The position numbers were made by a program, and so were the translations under genes. From Arsenophonus sp. NC-WZS1-MAG3 (GTDB lineage Bacteria > Pseudomonadota > Gammaproteobacteria > Enterobacterales > Enterobacteriaceae), in assembly GCA_052174535.1 (NCBI GenBank), contig JBQMRQ010000100.1, forward strand, positions 6,506 to 70,505: 64,000 nt of DNA, in the 5' to 3' direction. A model generated the notes under the pieces. It was not told the DNA's origin. It worked only from the letters and a program-made list of their open reading frames with translations, and did no database searches. Numbering within the stretch: position 1 is the stretch's first letter; every line of letters begins with the position of its first letter. Shown here piece by piece: positions 1-12,703 of the stretch.

Positions 1-733
1 AAATCAAGAAGATGGATAGTAGATATTTTATTAGCAACATTTTATATGTCTAGCACAAGATTTTGCGCTAACATACTTGACAAATAAAGTACTTAAAGAA
101 AGGATAGAAATCTATTGCTCAATTACCTGTTTTTGAGCAGTAACAGAAAAATCACTTTCATCTCATTAGTCTTCATTATCATAATATTTTTATCATCTAT
201 ATCATTCACAGTAGCCATTTCGCTATAAATAGGGCGGTGCGCGACAAGTATTTATATAATGATCTTGGACAAAACAGCTATGATTATAAAGATTTCTAAT
301 GCATCTCTAATTCTTTTACTATTATTTAATAATTATTGTTAATGATCCATCAAAATAGATAATTAAATCATCAGTAAACTAATTATTCTCTTTGATTTAT
401 AGTAAATACAAAAGTATTAATCAATCTTTCCATGATCAGATAATAGTTTTCATTGTTTCATAATGCTATGACATTTAATAAATTTTATTGGTATAATTTA
501 TGAAAAATAGTAAAATAGTGAGGTAAGGTTATGGATACCAATTTTAATTATGGTTTATGTACTGCGATTGTTGTTGTATTATTAATAATGTATTCTTTCT
601 TTTATTTTCTGAGTATTATATTATCTTAACTGTCTCTTTTTATTGTTGTAACAATTTTAGTTAACTAAAATAATGCACAGCAGGCTTGGGAGAACTCCAT
701 TCCTTCTACTGCAGCCTATATAATAAATAGGAA

Positions 734-2464
734 TTACATTCTTTCTACTGTTTCAATTCCTAATGTGTCTAAACCAATTTTTAAGGTTTTTTGCGTCAAT
801 AATGCCAGTTTTAATCGGCTTTCTTTTAAATTGTTATTTTCTATATCTAAAACTGAACAATGTTCATAAAAACTAGAAAATAATTTAGCTAAATTATATA
901 AATAAGCGCACATAATATGTGGTAAACCTTCACGAGCAACGATTAATATCGTCTCTTCAAATTGTAATAAACGTATCGCTAGGGCTTGTTCATACTTATT
1001 TGTTAAAATGATTGAATCGCCTAGTACACTTGGATCAATATTAGCCCGCTTAAAAATAGAAATAACACGGGCATAGGCATATTGTATATAAGGCGCGGTA
1101 TTGCCATTAAAAGTTAACATATTGTTCCAGTCAAAAATATAATCAGTTGTACGATTTTTTGATAGATCAGCATATTTTACTGCAGCAATACCAACTACCT
1201 GACTAATCGATTGCAACTCCTTTTCTAGGATAGCTGGATTTTTTTTTCGGATAAGATCACTCGCCCGCTCAATTGCTTCATCAAGTAATTCGATAAGCCG
1301 GATCGTCCCGCCAGCTCGAGTTTTAAACGGCTTACCATCTTTACCTAGCATCATACCAGACATGTGGTGCTCTAATGACATTGTGTCGGGAATATAGCCA
1401 GCTTTACGTACAATTGCCCATGCTTGCATGAGATGTTGATGTTGGCGTGAATCTATATAGTATAATACTCGGTCAGCATGTAATATTTCATGACGATATT
1501 TTGCACAGGCAATATCTGTTGTCATATAAAGAAAGCCACCATCTTTTTTCTTGATGATAATCCCCATGGCATCACCATCTTTATTCTTAAATTCATCCAA
1601 ATATACTACCATCGCACCATCATTTTCAACGGCTAACCCTTTATCTGTTAAATCAGCAACAATATCAGGTAGCATATTATTATATAAACTTTCACCCATC
1701 ACATCGTTTTCTGTTAAAGTAACATTCAAACGATGATAAATTTGTTGATTTTTTACCATGGTAATATCAATCAATTTGCGCCACATTTTACGACAATATT
1801 CATCACCAGATTGTAGTTTAATTACATAATTACGCGCAATTTCAGCAAAGTTTTCATCTTCATCATAATGTTTTTTAGCTTCACGATAAAAAGTTTCTAG
1901 ATCAGCTAAAGCCATATTATTAGCATTTTCTTGTTGAATTTTTTCTAGATATGCAATCAGCATACCAAACTGGGTCCCCCAATCGCCTATATGATTAGCA
2001 CGTATTACTTTATGACCTAAAAACTCTAATGTACGAGCAACTGCATCACCAATAATAGTGGAACGTAAATGACCAACATGCATCTGTTTTGCTACATTTG
2101 GAGCTGAATAATCAATAATTACGGTTTGTGGTTTAACAATGCTAATTGCTAATTTTTCATGTTGCAAAGTAAGTTCAATTTGTTCAGCTATCCATTGTTT
2201 ATCAAGAAAAATATTAATAAAACCTGATTCTGTTATTTCAACTTTGCTGGCAATATTTTCCAGGTTTAGTAGTGGCAGAATTTTTTCAGCTAATTGACGT
2301 GGAGGAATGCCGATTTTTTTAGCTACAGATATAATACCATTAGCTTGGTAATCACCAAATTTGGATTTTGTTGAATGGCGGATACATGCCTCACTACCTT
2401 TAGGAGCCCCTACGGCAATTAATGCATTATTAATTTTTTTTGAAAGAATAGCCTGAATATTCAT
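734..2464 (-). CDS. argS: Arginine--tRNA ligase
   Basis: 576 aa [14 protein letters not shown]...FGDYQANG N-terminus, HIGH-type [20 protein letters not shown] and C-terminal LGIETVERM, as in enterobacterial ArgS. Confidence 0.98.
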   Translation of the reverse strand: MNIQAILSKKINNALIAVGAPKGSEACIRHSTKSKFGDYQANGIISVAKKIGIPPRQLAEKILPLLNLENIASKVEITESGFINIFLDKQWIAEQIELTLQHEKLAISIVKPQTVIIDYSAPNVAKQMHVGHLRSTIIGDAVARTLEFLGHKVIRANHIGDWGTQFGMLIAYLEKIQQENANNMALADLETFYREAKKHYDEDENFAEIARNYVIKLQSGDEYCRKMWRKLIDITMVKNQQIYHRLNVTLTENDVMGESLYNNMLPDIVADLTDKGLAVENDGAMVVYLDEFKNKDGDAMGIIIKKKDGGFLYMTTDIACAKYRHEILHADRVLYYIDSRQHQHLMQAWAIVRKAGYIPDTMSLEHHMSGMMLGKDGKPFKTRAGGTIRLIELLDEAIERASDLIRKKNPAILEKELQSISQVVGIAAVKYADLSKNRTTDYIFDWNNMLTFNGNTAPYIQYAYARVISIFKRANIDPSVLGDSIILTNKYEQALAIRLLQFEETILIVAREGLPHIMCAYLYNLAKLFSSFYEHCSVLDIENNNLKESRLKLALLTQKTLKIGLDTLGIETVERM

Positions 2465-2592
2465 CTGATTACCTTAATGATGAAATAGTGGTCGTGTTGA
2501 ACTTAATAAGATATATAGCTATAAGAATCATGATAAAATAGTTGGCTTTATACTAAAATTAATTATTCTCTTTCTAGTATCAAGAATTATTA

Positions 2593-4047
2593 AATTATTA
2601 GCAAAATCTAGTTTGTAGCAATCACGCTACGTTTCACTTTAATGCTTCTTGTATCTGTTCTTGATCCTTAAAATTTAATATTGTTTAGCACTAGGATTTC
2701 AACAAGGTTAACTCTCTTAGATGGTTATAGCTTTTCTGAGCAAATAAAAGCAACTTTAATACCATTCAAATGGTTGCTTTTCTTAAACCACAGTGCTTCT
2801 AATATTAGTTTTATAGCGCACACTATCACGAAAAATTAATTTAATTAAATTTTTCATTCTTATTGACGCCCCATAGTGCACTGACGAGAAACATCGAATG
2901 CTTAACCATTCTTCTCAATCTTTCTCCAACTTCTTCATCGCTGTAGGATACGCTAAAAACCTTGACAATAAAATATCAAAAAACTTTATTAACGATATTT
3001 GTGGCCTTCTACTATCCAGGAGGAGAGCTCTGGAATTAACCTTAACTTTCGATTGTATGACTTTAAGAAGTGAAAGGGAGCATATTAGCTATTTTGTGTA
3101 ACTAATGGCGTTAATGCTGTATGCCAAAGAATATCTTTACTATTACATTCTAAAAAACTAATGACACCGGAACTGTGTGATGGGGTTATAACTGGCCGCC
3201 CCACAGCAAGCCTGAAAATACAATTAAGTCAAGATGTTTCGCAAGGCACATTGAGAGGTTTAACCTAACTCGTCTCTGACTTTTAGTAAGCATATTTGAG
3301 CGCAATACGCTCCTTATATCCATTCACAGCACCGCCAATTATAATCAGCAGGCAAGGACGATCAGCCTCTCCCTGACAGAACCGACAGATGCTTTTCGAC
3401 AAGAAATAAACGTTAGACGTATTGCTTAAAATCACGTAGATATAATTCTCTATGCTTTTCAAGCATTACCCCTATTTCAGTCTGATGACAACACTTTTAG
3501 AAAGAAACCATATCGTTTTCACCAAAAAACGCTAAGAAAGCTTCATGAAAATCACCGGTGGAATATCTGTAGAACAGCCATACTAACAATCATTCGCTTC
3601 TTTTTCACGCTTCAGACAAAGAAAGGGTAGAAATGAGCTATTGAAGTATATTCTATTCCAGTTGCGACCTCCTCCATTAATCTTAAGTACTTTAATCTAA
3701 ACATCGACAATATCAATCTGTATGGTTATCTGTAGTAAATAATCGTTATGAACGACCATATGAACCTGGTTGATAAAGCGGCGTTGTGAAGCATGTTGTT
3801 GCAGTATAATAGCTTCGAGCTCAGGTTCAATAGCGGTACACTATTAGTTTCTTGTAACACTATTACGGATGGATTCATGGAAGGGATAAGATAATATCTA
3901 GCTTCTCGGATATTTGTAGAGGTAAACCTTATTCATGATATATTATCTCTCTGTTATTGAAATCATCCATGAAACCAATCAGAAAGGAGAGGGATTATAT
4001 CCCGCTGCTATTTCCAAAAGCTCATACATCAAAAATGAGTATAATTC
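2593..4047 (-). mobile_element. IS256-family relic (copy 1), transposase destroyed
   Basis: Degenerate terminal IRs (aaattattagcaaaatctag at ~2593; catacatcaaaaatgagtataattc ending 4047). Minus strand reads KYPTAMKKLEK-like (rc of cttcatcgctgtaggatacg, ~2935). Colinear with the other copies. Confidence 0.85.
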
Positions 4048-4049
4048 AT

Positions 4050-4318
4050 ACTATATGTTATTATTTTGTTAAAAAATAATAGAAGATTTTGATTTATCTA
4101 ACTTTTAAAATTACACTTCTGTAAAATTGTAATTTTTATTAGAAATTTTAATTTTAAAATAAGCTATATTAAGTTTCTTTAGTTTCTATATAAAAATTTA
4201 TCTTTAAGGAATAGAAAGTTCAAATATATTGAAATTTATTAGCAACAGTTAATGCTTTTTTATAAAAATTATTCTTTTCCATTAAAATTAATTAATCATT
4301 TCAATTAATCGTTGAAAA
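4050..4318 (+). pseudogene. yecM: Probable yecM remnant
   Basis: Plus-strand reading LLKLH...ISYIKFL*F...KYIEI resembles YecM LFKLH...SIVELPWP...EHIEI. Position between argS and cutC matches enterobacterial synteny. Very decayed. Confidence 0.4.
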
Positions 4319-6781
4319 GGCTATATTGCAAAGGTTGTTAGTAAAAATCTCTTAATACTGCAAGAAGAATTTTCGCTACAGCGATTCCCATAAAATAAAC
4401 AGTTATTATAGATTAAAGAGATATTTTCTCGCTCTCTGCCAACATAAAGCTGCATTTAATTAGTGTTTAGGTCGGTGAATAATCTATTATATTATCTAGA
4501 TTCTCATATATTTAAAACTTATTTCACTTTATCATGCTCATATTATCACAGTGAAGATGTTATCCGTTCTTGCATTCATTAGTGTTACAGCATATCGTTT
4601 TAAAATTCACGATTATAAGAAAACATTTAATAATCTTACTGGAAGTTCTCTGGTGAAATTAATCACAAGGATAAATGGTTTAGTTATTTCCAATGTATAT
4701 TGAATAGATTGACTTTACAGGGAGAGAGTCATCATAGCGAAAGAAAGAGATATTAATTTAAAATCAGCATTTAAATAGCAGAACTGCTTCCTTATTTCAT
4801 CGGTAATACCCAATAAATCCCTAACTGATATTATTGAAGTCAATAAAATATTTTCTCTGAATCCTTTAAATGGAGGCATTATATTTCACATGGAAAAGTG
4901 AAAATACGGGAAGGGAAATAAAAAGAAGGAATTGCGATTTTAATAGGAAAAAATCGACAGGAGTTATTGTAATCGATGAGATCTTAAAAAGATTAATACA
5001 GAATGTATTAGGCGTTTTCTTGAGCTTATCATAAATAAGAGTCCATTCTTTACTCAGATAGTACCTCTAAAATAGTATGAAATTTTGCTAGTTAATATGA
5101 AATTAATTAGCATCGCCTAATAAAGTTGGTAACCAGATAGTTATTGGTAAAATGAATTCTAGATTCAAACTATGAATAGTTATATCAGTAAACTAAAAGA
5201 ATGGTGAGTTATGATAATTTCTGGTATATGGAGCTTTGGAGATGATGACGTGTATCCTGCCTAATTAATTTTATAGTTGATTCCAATCATATTGATATGA
5301 TATCAAATATTGATATGATAAGATATGAAGTTACCCCCATAGATTTCACGAGATTAGATATTACCTATAATCCTTTGTATTAACTTATCTGTATCCTAAT
5401 ACGGTAGCTCTGGATAGCCACTTGTTGCTTAGATAGAATCGAATCCATGATGCAACCAAGATGCTGAATACTAATTTTATCAACGGAACATCACATGCCA
5501 TCGTTTATAACAATTATTTGCTATAGCATATTATAACAGATCAGTATTAGCAATATTGAGATTAAAGTGCCTAATATTACAGGGATCACAACGGCAACGG
5601 AATATCCTTTAACAGCTTGTTGCTATCGTTTAACCTAAAATAGGTAAAAGTAATGAAGAGTTACTACTATTGCCTATATATGCGACAAGGCATATTTATC
5701 GATAATTTCGAACATACTGAGATATTTCTCGGTGAGAAATACATAATCATTCTCGCTAGAGAAACATCAGAAGATTAAAATAGCAATGACTTTAAAATAA
5801 AAGTAATAGGGTTCCTGCGTGATTTAAGCAATACACGATACCTACTATACTTTTATTTTTTGAGAGATGGCATATATCTAGCACTATCAAGCAAGATAGT
5901 GCCCTCTTTTTTCTGCTGGTCATTATTAGCGGCCTTACATGAATGTAAGGAAATTCATTGCAATCGAAGATGTTTATCAAGAATCAGTAGCGAACTTTAA
6001 CATAACTTTTCAATGACTGATGAGCGCATTGCTTAAGCATATTTTCAGGATTTCTAAGGAAGACTCTGCCATTAGTTTTAAACACAATATCAAAGAGATT
6101 CCTGGACATCTAGCATTAATGCTATTGGGTACTATAAAACAGCTAATGTGACGCCTTCATTCCTAAAGGAATCTAATCGAAAGTTTAATGGTGAGCTATG
6201 GAGAGGTCTGCCTAACAAGAAAGGTGCGCTATACTGTTGATAAAGTTTTTGATGTTTTCTTAGTAAAGTTTTCAGTGTACTTTTCAGCGATGAAAAGTTG
6301 AAGAAACACCGAAAAGAACGCTGACATTCTACGACTTCCTGTTAGTACACTGATGTCAGTAAAAACGACAAATCCGATTGAATTGGTTTTTGCGATAGTG
6401 AATAAGACTATAAAGGCGATACGTAAAAAAGTGTAGTTAGAAGAAAACAGCCCTTTATGATATTTAAGTTATCCGCCATCTGTTCAAAAACTAGAACCAG
6501 AAAAAGAAATTTCGATCTATGATCATACTATTAAACAGCGTCAAATCTAAAGATGACTAATAGATTCATAAGGTTCTAGCTCCAGATGTGGAAGTAGCCT
6601 GATCATCATACACCAGATTTACTAATAACTCAAGGATAGCTAAGTAGCTTCCATGGTCTAGGGTCTTTTATTTATTGAATTATCTGATCTAGAGAAGATT
6701 TTTAAAACTAGAATAATTAAAAATAGAGAGGTGGCTACAATTTGCTCTGCGAGCAAAGCAGCAACCTTTGCTAATATAAAT
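4319..6781 (+). mobile_element. IS1595-family relic (copy 1), interrupted by IS256 at 5206-6631
   Basis: Left IR ggctatattgcaaag at 4319 and right IR ctttgctaatata at ~6766-6781. Body is colinear with copies at 31557, 57354 and 62561 (caaactatgaatagttatatcag = QTVNSYIS). Net length after removing the IS256 and one TSD is 1028 bp. Confidence 0.85.
5206..6631 (+). mobile_element. IS256-family relic (copy 2), nested in IS1595
   Basis: IRs gagttatgataatttctggtatatgg / catacaccagatttactaataactc. Relic motifs IEIKVP..RD..GNGISFNS (~5560-5610) and TTNPIE (acgacaaatccgattgaa, ~6365). Flanks aagaatggt / aaggatagc. Confidence 0.9.
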
Positions 6782-6873
6782 TTAAAATAAGTATTTTACT
6801 TGCAATATAGTATGTTTATTAATTGATAATTAAAAATAGAAATAACAATAATTAATTGGAGGTCTGTAGTATT

Positions 6874-7632
6874 ATGATAACCTTAGAAATTTGTTGCTAT
6901 GGAGCTGAATGCGCTCTAATTGCACAAAAATTTGGCGCAGATCGTATTGAACTTTGTTCTAGTTCAGCTGAAGGTGGATTAACGCCTAGTTATGGTTGTT
7001 TAAAGCAAGCTATAGATACATTAAATATTTCCGTTCATCCAATTGTACGTCCAAGAGGAGGTGATTTTTATTACAGTGATAGTGAATTTGAAACCATTAA
7101 ACATGATATTAAATTTATCAGACAGTTAGGTTTTCTTGGTGTAGTATATGGCATATTAAATCGAGATGGGCACATTGATATACCGCGCATGCGTATTTTA
7201 AAGGCATTATCTGGTGATATGGCCGTTACGTTTCATCGTGCTTTTGATATGTGCATTACCCCAAAACAGGCCTATACACAGCTGACAGAGCTAGGTATTG
7301 CACGTATATTAACTTCAGGGCAGAAGCAGAATGCAGAATTAGGTTTACCGTTATTAAAAGAATTAAATGTATTATCTAAAAAAATTCCAAATGGTCCCAT
7401 AATTATGGCAGGTGGTGGGGTAAAATTATCAAATATCCAGAAATTTATTGATGCAGGTTTACCGGAAGTACATTCATCTGCTGGAAAAATAATACCATCG
7501 ACTATGAACTACCGCAAAGCAGGAATAACGATGATCTCCAATATGGAGATGGATGAATCTACCCATTATTGCGTAGATGGTAATGTTGTGAAAGCTATAA
7601 AAAATTTATTAGCTATTGCCAATAATGACTAA
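6874..7632 (+). CDS. cutC: CutC family protein
   Basis: LEICC...GADRIELCS...GGLTPSYG...VRPRGGDF...TFHRAFD...RILTSGQ motifs. ATG at 6874 after a GGAGG RBS preferred over the track start at 6856. Confidence 0.95.
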   Translation: MITLEICCYGAECALIAQKFGADRIELCSSSAEGGLTPSYGCLKQAIDTLNISVHPIVRPRGGDFYYSDSEFETIKHDIKFIRQLGFLGVVYGILNRDGHIDIPRMRILKALSGDMAVTFHRAFDMCITPKQAYTQLTELGIARILTSGQKQNAELGLPLLKELNVLSKKIPNGPIIMAGGGVKLSNIQKFIDAGLPEVHSSAGKIIPSTMNYRKAGITMISNMEMDESTHYCVDGNVVKAIKNLLAIANND

Positions 7633-7677
7633 TAATAACTTTAGAGTAAAATGGGATGGTATTGGATATTGTTCTGT

Positions 7678-8652
7678 TTAGCTTTTCTTGGCAATTAAAG
7701 TAACTCGTAAGGGAGAGGGATAACCTTCAACTGTCAAATTTATATTATATGGATCAAGAAAATTCGCTAATGATTCAGTTTGCATCCAGGCAGTTTTTCG
7801 TTGCTCCTGTATGGTTGTTACAGTTTGATCAACAATATGCACATTACAAAAGCCACATCTTTCTAGCCAAATTTTAAGCATTTTTGCTGAGGGAATAAAA
7901 TATATATTACGCATTTTCGCATAACGCTTGTTAGGTATTAAACATTGATTTTCATCACCCTTAATAACTAAACTTTCAAGTACTAGCTCACCACCGGAAA
8001 CTAATTGATTTTTTAGTTGATAGAGATGATCTAACGGTGAACGTCGATGATAAATTACACCCATTGAAAATACAGTATCAAAGGCCGGTAGCGTTGATAG
8101 TTGCTCGATACTTAGAGGCAATAGATGCGCTCGTTGATTATTACCAATTAATTTACGTATGGCTTCAAATTGACATAAAAAGAGTTGACTAGGATCAATA
8201 CCGATAACAATTTTTGCCCCTTCACCAACCATTCTCCACATGTAATAACCATTACCACAGCCGATATCAAGTACCCGTTTATCTATTAATGGTGAAAGAT
8301 AAGGCAAAATACGTTGCCACTTCCAGTCCGAACGCCATTCGGAATCAATGTTAATATTGTATAAGGAAAATGGGCCTTTACGCCATGGCATCAAACTTTT
8401 TAACAAAAAAGTAATTCGTTTCTTATCTTCTAAACAAAGCAGAAACTCATTTTTAGCTATCACTGCAGTTTTTAGATCTAAGTAAGTTGGGGTCATATTA
8501 GGAAGACTTTGCACTATTTTTTTCCAAGTGTTGAATTGCCCATGTTGAGTAGTTTTTTTCCATTTTTCAATTTGGTATAGTAGTGTTTCTAGCCACTTGC
8601 TAAGGGGTTCGATTGCGATTTGTTGATAAACATAATCAAAATCTATCATCAA
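7678..8652 (-). CDS. cmoB: tRNA U34 carboxymethyltransferase
   Basis: 324 aa. [40 protein letters not shown]. Confidence 0.97.
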   Translation of the reverse strand: MMIDFDYVYQQIAIEPLSKWLETLLYQIEKWKKTTQHGQFNTWKKIVQSLPNMTPTYLDLKTAVIAKNEFLLCLEDKKRITFLLKSLMPWRKGPFSLYNINIDSEWRSDWKWQRILPYLSPLIDKRVLDIGCGNGYYMWRMVGEGAKIVIGIDPSQLFLCQFEAIRKLIGNNQRAHLLPLSIEQLSTLPAFDTVFSMGVIYHRRSPLDHLYQLKNQLVSGGELVLESLVIKGDENQCLIPNKRYAKMRNIYFIPSAKMLKIWLERCGFCNVHIVDQTVTTIQEQRKTAWMQTESLANFLDPYNINLTVEGYPSPLRVTLIAKKS

Positions 8653-8654
8653 AC

Positions 8655-9416
<762 letters not shown>

Positions 9417-9444
9417 TTAATTCAGAAATAGCAAATAGTGGTTA

Positions 9445-9474
9445 ATTCTAACAGATTTTATCCTTATCTGTCAC
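9445..9474 (-). promoter_or_regulatory. Candidate sigma70 promoter for cmoAB (-35 GTGACA / 18 bp / TGn-TAGAAT)
   Basis: Minus strand reads gtgaca gataaggataaaatctgt tagaat, 40 bp upstream of the cmoA ATG. The -35 hexamer is the last 6 bp of the IS481 relic. Confidence 0.45.
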
Positions 9475-11961
9475 TTCTCTAGAACAGTAGTATAGTCTTA
9501 TTTTTTAAATAATTTATTTTTAACTTTGAACTAATCTTTCATAGATTGCAATAGAATTTTACTATCTAATGCTGATTAGAGTTAATTTCTGATTGTATAA
9601 ACAATCATATTAATACAGGGTCATCTGCAAGCTCTTAAGCAGAATTAAAATGATGTCTTTGAATCCCATCTTTCATGGCTCATTAAATTGCTAGGCCATA
9701 CTATTTGTTTAAAATACATAGGTAGGATAAATCTCTGTTCTATATAAATCTCTACACATAAACAATTGAATTCATACTTTCCAGTAGTTGAATATTTTAA
9801 TAGATCAAAAAGGCGATCTGTAAATTTTTTTTTATTATCTGTAAATACCCAATAGATAATATCTATTTGGGATATACTCGATTAAAATCACGTAATTAAG
9901 CGTCGAGCATTAGCTGCGGTCCTTGATCTTGTAAAAGCAAATAAACCCATTGAATAATGTGATCTATATTTATAAAAATATAACGTTATAAAATTTCGTC
10001 TTCCATTTATGGAAGACATTTAAGATTAAGTATAAATAATCATGCTCGTAGCTTTTAAACGCTTTATAGTTTTCGACTTCGGGTTTTTGCTTCGCTTCAT
10101 TTCAAGTAAATTCTTCGTATAAGCCTGCATAAACAATAATCCAGGCCAGATAGGAAATACCTTTTGAGTTCAGAAAATTTGCGTACAACGCTGCCAGCAG
10201 ATCAGCGAACAAGAAATATTTTTTGAAAGAAAAACGACTGCAGCTTATCTAAGCAGATAACAGCGTTATCAGAAAATGTGGAATAGAATGTTAACTGTGA
10301 TCATCAACATCATCTCGTTTTTACCATTTAATAAACAGGTAAGTTTAATATACTAAAACGCTTAACTAAAGTAAATACAGCTTCTTTTCTAGCCTCTGAA
10401 TAGTAGTTCTAATTTTAGATGTTGTAGTTACTGATAATGAAGTCTCATCATCATATTTTACTCTAAACTATATCCATAAGTAGCCATCATCTTGCCATGA
10501 ACATGGCAGTGCGATGAGTTAACCAGACAATCTAGTATATCACAAATCGGAATACTACACTCTAATGCTTCGTAAATTTATTCTCCATTCTTAAGTAAAA
10601 TGTTGTTTACCAGGATGGTTAGTAGATTAACCCTTTAAGGCGATTCCAGCTTTTCTGAATAGACGAGGAGCACCTTAAATACCATTGAAGAGTTGTTTTC
10701 TTAAGCTACACTGCTTCGCGCGTTACCTTCATAGGCTTTCACCTATCACAAAACTAGATTTAATTTGATTTGTCGTTTTTATTGACATCATAATGAACTA
10801 ACGGGAAGCCATAGAATGCCCAGCCATTCTTTTAACTCTTTTTTTCAGCTTCTTCATCGCTGTAGGATACGTTAAAACCTTACTAATAAAGCATAAAAAG
10901 TTTTATTAGCAGCGTTACGACCCCCCCTCTACTAACCTGAGCTCCTAAGAAGAATTTAGCTTTAACTTTTAGTTGAATGCCTTTTAAGATTAAAACCAGA
11001 ACATCAGCTATACGTAACCAAAAACATTGATGCTGCGCGCTCATAAATATTTTTCCATTGTATTAAAAAAACTAAAAGCATCATCTTCGTAGCAAGCATG
11101 AAGATATAGTTAAACCCCGTTTACAGGGAATTAGAATTTAAGTGCAGTTCGCTTCTGACTATCGATAACCATTTTTGAGCACAATTGGTCTCCTTACATC
11201 CATGGATAGTAAGGTTGATTTAACTAGCAGATAAAGGAATTAGCTTATCTGACAGGACCAATATATATCCATAGATCAAGAAATAAATATAGCGCGTATC
11301 GCTTTAATCACGTAACCGCCATTGTCTATGCTCTTTAAGGCATTACTGCTTCAGTCTCCTGATGGCACTTGAGAAGATATCATATGATTTTCATCGAAAA
11401 ATCTTTACAGGGGTTCATGAAAATCACCGGTAGAATTCCTTACAGTGAGGTCATTGCAGTTACGGGTAGTAAAATCTTTCAACGCTTTTTAGATGTTTTA
11501 AATGCTTTAAATAAAAGGTAGCAACGAGTTGCTGACCATCTTATTCCATTGTGGCTAAGAGATTTCCCCCTTGACTTTAAGCACTTTAATCTTAATATCG
11601 CCAATAGTAGTTTACTATAGTTCATTACGGTAAATAATTGTTACCGATAACGGTATTTAATACTCCTTCATAAAGGCAACGCCACAGCATATTGTACTAG
11701 CATGGCTTCTAATTCCATCTCAACAGCAGTGCCTATCAACTGGCTTTCAGCATTACGGATAAATTCATGCAATGGATCACAGGTAATATCTAGTTTTGCT
11801 AATATCTATAAGGTAGATTTTATGGCATATCATCTCTATATTATTGAAATCATTCAATAAATTAATCAACAAAATATACGCTAGCATATCCAAAACTACA
11901 TATACCAGAAATGGATATAACTCCTGTACGACGAAGGTCTATATAATACCGGGATCAAACA
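9469..11961 (-). mobile_element. IS481-family relic (copy 1), interrupted by IS256 at 10516-11923
   Basis: TGT...ACA ends (tgtcac at 9469; ccgggatcaaaca ending 11961). Minus strand gives YNQKL.QSALDSK...MKD*FK and a MIIAL-like start. Colinear with the copy at 53237. Net length about 1076 bp. Confidence 0.85.
10516..11923 (-). mobile_element. IS256-family relic (copy 3), nested in IS481
   Basis: IRs gagttaaccagacaatctag / catataccagaaatggatataactc. Flanks cagtgcgat / ctgtacgac (6/9 identical, degenerate TSD). Confidence 0.9.
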
Positions 11962-12037
11962 GTTAGTAAGTAAAATAAATCTTATTAATACGGCAAAAGA
12001 ATATAAGTATAACTATGTTAATAAAATTAATTTTGAC

Positions 12038-12436
12038 TTAAAGATCAAATGAGAAAATTTGTATCCAAGGCAAATAATAAATATTAACTAATATCATTAA
12101 AATCATAGAACTAAAAGTAGTTATTTGGCCAAAATAACTCCAAGTAAGTTCTCTTTGTTTTAGACCAAAGTAATGAAAAATTCTAGCGATAATAAAAATT
12201 AACCCACAAAAATGAATGGCCCAAACAGGTGCACCGTTCATCTCCATCATTAATAATGATAGCATAGAAATAGGAATATACTCAATCGCATTACCATGAA
12301 CGCGTATTGCTGTTTGTAACTCATAAAATCCACCATCACCGTAAGTAACTTGATACTGAGTTCTAAGTTTAATGACTTCCAAAGATAACTTAAACAATAT
12401 TAAAGCACTAAATACAATATATAGAGCACTAACCAT
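12038..12436 (-). CDS. yecN: MAPEG-family inner membrane protein
   Basis: 132 aa. MVSALY...YGDGGFYELQTAIRVHGNAIEYIP matches YecN. Syntenic between aspS and cmoA. Confidence 0.92.
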   Translation of the reverse strand: MVSALYIVFSALILFKLSLEVIKLRTQYQVTYGDGGFYELQTAIRVHGNAIEYIPISMLSLLMMEMNGAPVWAIHFCGLIFIIARIFHYFGLKQRELTWSYFGQITTFSSMILMILVNIYYLPWIQIFSFDL

Positions 12437-12703
12437 TTTCTCTCCAATTTTTTAGACTAAAACAATAAAATAATGATACATCTAAAAACTTTTACAGTTA
12501 CTATAAATATAGTATTTAAATTAATAAAATCTTTAAGATTACGAATATGATAAAAGTTATCTAGCTATATGGATAAAGCATTCTTATTTCTCAATAGAAA
12601 TTTCTGTAAAATAACGGTATTTTAATGCTATTAAATTAATAGCAGTAAGCGACTAGTATAAGCGACTCTGTAAATTGAGTATGATAAGTAAAAGGTTATC
12701 ATT

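Noticed and set aside
1-520. Possible pseudogene downstream of argS
   Set aside because: Coding-like composition on the minus strand, but no motif I can assign.
7500-7680. MicL sRNA at the cutC 3' end
   Set aside because: No GC hairpin with U-tract and no recognisable MicL sequence in the 45 bp before the convergent cmoB stop.
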